Part shown: positions 27,047-32,000 of the stretch, piece after piece
How the letters are laid out: every line of letters begins with the position of its first letter
Position numbering within the stretch: the stretch's first letter is position 1
NCBI GenBank assembly: GCA_038858525.1
Contig: JAWCFL010000014.1
Coordinates: 1 to 32,000 of the forward strand
Direction: 5' to 3'
DNA from: Candidatus Jordarchaeales archaeon
GTDB taxonomy: Archaea > Asgardarchaeota > Jordiarchaeia > Jordiarchaeales > Freyrarchaeaceae
DNA length: 32,000 nucleotides
Translations under genes and position numbers: made by a program
The notes under the pieces: generated by a model
What the model saw: only the letters and a program-made list of their open reading frames with translations
Databases searched by the model: none
Told to the model about the DNA's origin: nothing

Positions 27047-27727
27047 TTGAAGGAAGGCGAATACGCAGTCTTCAAGTGTCCTAACTGTGGCTGTTACACG
27101 TTTGCTCCAACATCTCAGAAAAGCAGGTTCTGCTCCATGTGCGGAAAAATAGTTAAAGTAGACTTGCTTCATGCCGAAATAACAAATGATGCCAGAAGGG
27201 CGAGTGAGCTGGTTAGATCCCGCAACGCTAAAAAAGCCCCTCCAGAACTGAAAAAAGCTCTCAGAGAGAGTTTCACCGAAGCTGAGAAGAAAACACCGAA
27301 AAAAGGAGCTAGAACCTCATCCCTACTTATGAAAATCCTTATGGAACACTGTTCCGAGGAGGTAACTCTAGATGAGCTGGAAAAACTGTGCACAGACTAC
27401 GGATTAGACTGTGAATGGGTTAAGGAGAAACTGCCACAACTGGCACTAAAAGGTGTAGTGTTCTTCCCTTCACCTTGGACCGTTAAATGCACAGCTCCCT
27501 CGCTCCACAGGCCAGAGAACCAATCCGAAGAAGTGTCAAGTCAAACCACTAACTTAAACAAGTTAGTGATAGACGCTTTCTCGGTGCCGACTTCCAGAGT
27601 GAAAGTTGTTGAGTGGTTCGCCGAGAAAGGATACTCTCCAGAGAAAGTGGATGAAATCATCGACAAACTGCACAGAAGCGGTCTCATAATAGAAGAGAAG
27701 CCCGGGATATTTAAAAAAGTCGAATAG
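27047..27727 (+). CDS. DUF1922-like Zn ribbon followed by two winged-helix-like repeats
   Basis: Zn ribbon FKCPNCG..SRFCSMCG; wHTH-like segments ending EKLPQLALKGVVFFP and DKLHRSGLIIEEKPG. TTG 27047 follows GGAGGG; the track start is 27026. Confidence 0.7.
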   Translation: MKEGEYAVFKCPNCGCYTFAPTSQKSRFCSMCGKIVKVDLLHAEITNDARRASELVRSRNAKKAPPELKKALRESFTEAEKKTPKKGARTSSLLMKILMEHCSEEVTLDELEKLCTDYGLDCEWVKEKLPQLALKGVVFFPSPWTVKCTAPSLHRPENQSEEVSSQTTNLNKLVIDAFSVPTSRVKVVEWFAEKGYSPEKVDEIIDKLHRSGLIIEEKPGIFKKVE

Positions 27728-27733
27728 CCCTTT

Positions 27734-28408
27734 TTACTCCCTAAGGAACCTAGGCTTCGGCTTAACGGGCTTAAAGTGTTCCCCAAACTTCTCAGCTAGC
27801 CTTAAAGCGGCGACAAGCTTATTCTCAGTTGGTGTAAAGGAGTAAATAAGATGCGGCTTTTCACCCCTCAGCGAAACCCTAATTATCACATCGTTTAATC
27901 TCTCAACCTCATCTTGAATATCACCCTCAAGAAGTGATGATGCCGCCTCACTGTCTGACGCCCACACTTCTAGTCTGCCGATTACTGCAACTTTCTTCAT
28001 CTTCTCATTTAAGCCATCTTTCTCTGGTCTGATTATCTCCATCGAGAAACGCGGTCTCGCTTTGAAGTTCGCTTCGCAAAGGAAAACATCATCGTGAGGC
28101 TTGAACTTAGATACTATGTGGTGTAACAAGTTCTCTCTGTTCACAAGGTAGAGAGTGATATCCAAGCTCTCCAGAGGAGCATCATTAGACTTGCACCTTA
28201 CTTTAAACCCGCTGAGCCTATACCTCCTCTTCTCAATCACCCTGAACCTCTCTCTAACCCACTCATTAACCAGAGTATAGTATTTTTCCAGAAGAACCTT
28301 ATTCTTCCTCAATCCTAACGAGTAAGACACGATAAATGCTAACATAAAGGCGAAAAGCAAAATCGCCCCCAAAGTTCCTATGAAATCGATAGTCCCCGAC
28401 GTGGACAA
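27734..28408 (-). CDS. Single-pass membrane protein resembling CCDC47/DUF1682
   Basis: A TM helix followed by LAFIVSYSLGLRKNKVL, then ITLYLVNRENLL...KPHDD. Similarity is to the human sequence as recalled. Confidence 0.6.
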   Translation of the reverse strand: MSTSGTIDFIGTLGAILLFAFMLAFIVSYSLGLRKNKVLLEKYYTLVNEWVRERFRVIEKRRYRLSGFKVRCKSNDAPLESLDITLYLVNRENLLHHIVSKFKPHDDVFLCEANFKARPRFSMEIIRPEKDGLNEKMKKVAVIGRLEVWASDSEAASSLLEGDIQDEVERLNDVIIRVSLRGEKPHLIYSFTPTENKLVAALRLAEKFGEHFKPVKPKPRFLRE

Positions 28409-28423
28409 CGCGACACCCCAAAT

Positions 28424-29170
28424 TTAATCTATAACCTTCCCAGTAAATGGATTCATTTTTTTCTTACAGACAGGGCAAGCAAGCATTCCCGGCTTCCACT
28501 TTATCCACTCACCGCAGGCAGGACACATTAATTCGAGTTCCCCCTCCACATCTAATTCTGGCGGAATTTTCAGAAGCTCTTCTTCCTCTTTTTTTATCTT
28601 TTCCTCCTTTTTCTTCCTAACGGATTCAGACACACCGAAGCTTACCTGCCTAGCACCCCGCTTGCCCCCCGTCTTCCCCCTTCCCTCATCTGGATTTATC
28701 ACTTCAAGTATCCTACCGAACACCCCCTGATGCCTTCTCTCCTCTCTTTTTTCCTGTGGGATTTCGGGGGACTGAGCACTCCTCTTAAATTCCTCCACTA
28801 GAAGGATTATACGACCAATCTGTGACTCTGCAAGTCCCTTAATGATCACCTTGTTGCAACTCAGGCTCGAGAAGCGGCTGTCTACGTGATACTCCAACTC
28901 AAGCTCCTTAGAGTCCCTCTGAGCCCTAACATCACCCACATTCTCCAAGAAGAAACTCAGAGCGGCGACCTCTCTTCCGCCCCTTTTAAGGTTCTTCGCG
29001 AAGGATGCAGGCTTACCGTGGAATATCAAGCGAATGTTAGTCACGTAAAGACTACCCTCCTCCGTTTCCCGTCCTTCTCCATCCCCAATTTTAACTCCCT
29101 CGGAACTCAACAAAACTTTTTCCCCACGCATGAGGTGAGGAAACTCGCTTCCCTCTATCAACAAAGCCAC
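28424..29170 (-). CDS. PH/GRAM(GLUE)-like N-terminal domain, charged linker and C-terminal C4 Zn finger
   Basis: N-terminal L..GE.V......GV.I.DG......G.LYVTN.RLIF; C-terminal CPAC-x12-CPVC. Confidence 0.65.
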   Translation of the reverse strand: MALLIEGSEFPHLMRGEKVLLSSEGVKIGDGEGRETEEGSLYVTNIRLIFHGKPASFAKNLKRGGREVAALSFFLENVGDVRAQRDSKELELEYHVDSRFSSLSCNKVIIKGLAESQIGRIILLVEEFKRSAQSPEIPQEKREERRHQGVFGRILEVINPDEGRGKTGGKRGARQVSFGVSESVRKKKEEKIKKEEEELLKIPPELDVEGELELMCPACGEWIKWKPGMLACPVCKKKMNPFTGKVID

Positions 29171-29350
29171 CCGTTCATGTTCTCAAGTCTAAATGCCAAG
29201 AAACAAAATATAAAGTTAGAGTTTCAAACATTAAATTCTGCTAGCCTTTACACGCAAAATCTAATCTAACGCAACAGTAAACTACAGTTAACAAAGCAAT
29301 TAAAGTCGCTCTTCCCCTTACTAGAATGGGCTTCCCTCTGAAACTTTCCC

Positions 29351-30130
29351 CTATTGTGTAACGCTTAACATTTTGCCTGGCCACTTTGTCTTTAGAATCT
29401 TAATTTTTAACGGCTCTTCCACGTACAAGGTTACGCTGTGGTTTTCCATTATAAATCGCCTGTTTATCTCGTTGATCGTGCTTCCGTTATACATGCAGAC
29501 ACAAACCGTCTTCTTAAGCTTAGTTTTATCAATTTGCTCCTCGAAAAAGAATGGTTTTGTTGCGCGTCTTCGTGACCTCAAATACGAAGCATTGTCAAAG
29601 GTAATCAGTAACCCTTGAAATCCTCGTTCAAGCGAGTTCCTTTCAAGCCTCGCAACCTCTTCCACCTGATAGTGAACGCTTGGATGAGCGTCATAAAAGG
29701 AGCCTAGGTCTCCAAGCAGAACCCCTTGGCCTTCAACGTTAACTCTAGGCTCCCCAAGAACCATCTGAACACACATATACCCTTTCTCAAGAGCATCAAT
29801 GATAAGGTGCCTAAGAAGCAACTCCACTCCCCTAGACTCCCCTAGAAGAGCCACGTGACTGGGAGGAATCAAACCCCCCTTCAACATTAAGTCAACATCA
29901 TCTAGCCTTGTCTGAACCGTATATGGGAGACTTCTCGCGATCTCCTTCAACTTCTCACATATAACCACATAAAGGCCTGAACCAAGTTCATCACACCAGT
30001 AACCACAACATATAGGGACAGAGCCATCAAGCATGCATCTTGACGCTTTCCCCTCAGCCTGAACCCAGAACCTACAAGGCTTATTAGGCGAAAACCTGAG
30101 ATACCTCACTAGGAAATCCCAGTTACTCAA
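29351..30130 (-). CDS. KaiC/RecA-like domain with degenerate Walker A and a Cys-rich N-terminus
   Basis: TRLDDVDLMLKGGLIPPSHVALLG matches the T.I..LD..L.GG.P.....L.G entry of KaiC/RadA, but GxxGxGKT is absent. TTG start follows GGGGAGG. Confidence 0.6.
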   Translation of the reverse strand: MSNWDFLVRYLRFSPNKPCRFWVQAEGKASRCMLDGSVPICCGYWCDELGSGLYVVICEKLKEIARSLPYTVQTRLDDVDLMLKGGLIPPSHVALLGESRGVELLLRHLIIDALEKGYMCVQMVLGEPRVNVEGQGVLLGDLGSFYDAHPSVHYQVEEVARLERNSLERGFQGLLITFDNASYLRSRRRATKPFFFEEQIDKTKLKKTVCVCMYNGSTINEINRRFIMENHSVTLYVEEPLKIKILKTKWPGKMLSVTQ

Positions 30131-30417
30131 AGTCCTCCCCTGCCTTACCCCATCAGAAAAAACACAATAATCATTTTTAAATTTTTTTTAGTAAAAATAT
30201 CTCACGTTCTTCCATTATTTAACTTCTTTTTTTTATAAAAAGAATCTCATTTGCATATTTTTTTAAAATATCATTCAATACAACGGTTAAGCCATTTTAA
30301 AGCATGCTCAGTTTAACATACTGCCACCACTTTAATCTTTAAAAGTCTTTAATAACTTTATTTTTTCTCCATGACTTGAAACATTTAGAGTAGGTCTGCT
30401 GTTGAGAGGAGGATATT

Positions 30418-30822
30418 TTGGGCTTCCTGTCCAGAGAGAAAAAGCGGCTTTCTACAGTTAAAATTAGGAGGGCGCTTGTTGATGGTTTACTTGAAGTTTC
30501 AAGGGAAGTCCATCCTAGAGAATTTATCGGTTTACTGAGAGCAGAGAGGGGAGTTATATCCGAGGTAATTATACCCCCATTCAGCATTTATGGTCTGGGT
30601 GAATCGTCGTTTTCGCCATATGATCTCCCGATAGACCCCTCATTGGTTGGCAGCGTCCACAGCCATCCATCAGGAGACCCGCGCCCATCAAAACAAGACG
30701 TGAACGTAGCATTCAGTTTTGGATTCGTACACCTTATAATCACATATCCCTACTCCTGCCATGAGAACATATACGCCTATGACAAAGAGGGAAAACCACT
30801 AAAACTCATAATAATCGAATAA
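30418..30822 (+). CDS. JAMM/MPN+ (JAB domain) metalloprotease
   Basis: Upstream Glu in HPREFIG and intact HSH-x7-S-x2-D (HSHPSGDPRPSKQD). TTG start follows GAGGAGG. Confidence 0.92.
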   Translation: MGFLSREKKRLSTVKIRRALVDGLLEVSREVHPREFIGLLRAERGVISEVIIPPFSIYGLGESSFSPYDLPIDPSLVGSVHSHPSGDPRPSKQDVNVAFSFGFVHLIITYPYSCHENIYAYDKEGKPLKLIIIE

Positions 30823-31415
30823 GTCACCAAAGCCTAAAAATCGGATCCAACCAGTTTTGTATGCTGCTTTATGGATGTTCATGGAACTTTGTTCCTACGA
30901 GAAATTAAAAGCATCATTTAGGTAGCCTATATGCGGAGGACTTAACAGGCCAACAGCACATGTTTAAAGAAAAAACTTTTTCTAAATAGAAGCCGTCTGG
31001 TGGCTACTTTTAGCACTGATGGGGCATCGATGCGCTGCCTTTAACTATCGGCGGCAAAAGCCTCAAAAACAAAATGGAAGGGAATGGATGAACTATGAAT
31101 TCACAGCTAAAAGTCGTTAAGTGATTAAAAAAGCATGTGGGCAAATCAAAGGAGAAGAGAAAATAAAATAAAAATAAAATGTAGCTGTTCGTTTCTTGAA
31201 TTTCATTAGCGCTTTAATGATTTTCGCCGTTCGCTTTAACTAATTTTAAATTCCAAGTTTTTCGTTGTTAGTCTTCGGAAAGGAATAATTTTTAGTCTAA
31301 ATTGTGTCGCGTTTTTGGGTGTGCTTCATTTTTTGAAACTGTTTCTGTTTTTAATAGTGGAAAAAATTAAAATTGACTAGGTGAATTGTAGGTAACGATG
31401 TTCGTTGCTGAAAGG

Positions 31416-31431
31416 CGGTAAGCTTTATATT
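31416..31431 (+). promoter_or_regulatory. BRE/TATA-like promoter of rps19e
   Basis: cggtaag followed by cTTTATATt, about 50 nt upstream of the start; SD GGAGG lies just before the start. Confidence 0.55.
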
Positions 31432-31479
31432 TGTCTTAGGTTTGTCTCTTAGCAAAGGGCTAAAGGAGGACGAAGCCGT

Positions 31480-31938
31480 TTGGTGACGGTTTACGATGTT
31501 CCAGCATGGGACTTGATAAAGGAGACCGCAAGCATTCTCAAGGAGGAGTACCCCTCCATCTCGCCTCCTCCGGGGTCTCGCTTCTGGAAAACGGGTGTGC
31601 ACAAGGAACACCAGCCGACGCAGGAAGACTGGTGGTACATAAGATGCGCTGCTATTCTCAGGAAGCTTTACATTTATGGCCCCGTAGGCGTCTCTCGTCT
31701 CAGAAGTGCCTACGGCGGAAGGAAGAGGAGAGGCGTTAAGCCAGAGCACTTTACTAAGGGAAGCGGCGCCATTATCCGCAGGGCTCTTCAGCAGTTAGAG
31801 GCTGCGGGACTAGTGGAGAAGACTGAGAATAGGGGCAGACGTATAACTAGTGAAGGCCGCTCTCTGCTCGACAGGATCGCTTACAAGGTGAGTTTAAGGT
31901 TAAAGAAGGAAATGCCCGAAATCAAAAGTTACCTTTAA
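31480..31938 (+). CDS. rps19e: 30S ribosomal protein S19e
   Basis: Motifs TVYDVP, KTGVHKE, DWWYIRCAAILRK, GPVGV.RL..AYGG and GSG.IIR.ALQQLE.AG.V. Confidence 0.98.
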   Translation: MVTVYDVPAWDLIKETASILKEEYPSISPPPGSRFWKTGVHKEHQPTQEDWWYIRCAAILRKLYIYGPVGVSRLRSAYGGRKRRGVKPEHFTKGSGAIIRRALQQLEAAGLVEKTENRGRRITSEGRSLLDRIAYKVSLRLKKEMPEIKSYL

Positions 31939-32000
31939 TATAATCTCTTTCATCTAATTTCATTAGCTGTCTCCTTGTAAAGCCGGGGTGGTTAAGGATG

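Noticed and set aside
717-31749. Numerous 60-180 aa antisense or overlapping ORFs (e.g. 717..1124, 2706..3251, 13599..14123, 28886..29269, 31351..31749)
   Set aside because: Shadow ORFs over well-supported genes, with Ser/Pro-rich atypical composition and no motifs.
31998-32000. ATG at the window end preceded by GGGGTGG
   Set aside because: Probably the start of the next gene, but no coding sequence is visible to support a call.

Overview
Gene-dense archaeal chromosomal window with about 32 CDS and AT-rich spacers. I found no rRNA, tRNA, CRISPR array or transposase. An Asgard archaeon is inferred from two longin-domain genes and several eukaryote-like domains, and a thermophile from E/K/R/V-rich proteins. 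Left part: a 5'-truncated coiled-coil/PD-(D/E)XK (DUF3782-type) gene with 42-bp repeats; a glcD-like/hdrD(glcF)-like/HAD operon head-to-head with hdrA-mvhD-hdrC-hdrB; DUF99; and a GH31 alpha-glucosidase. Middle: longin, ABC exporter, ferredoxin-fused radical SAM, degenerate CofD, DUF389, ABCE1/RLI, methyltransferase, and a longin-roadblock-like fusion. Right part: Rpp21, Nep1, AKR-like, a single cyclin/TFIIB-repeat protein, Zn-ribbon-winged helix, CCDC47-like, Vps36 GLUE-like+Zn finger, a KaiC-like pseudo-ATPase, JAMM and rps19e. The best candidate for an undescribed system is the apparent two-gene operon at 27734-29170 pairing a GLUE-like/Zn-finger protein with a CCDC47-like membrane protein. 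All family calls come from motif recognition by eye and alignments to reference proteins recalled from memory. No database search was run.
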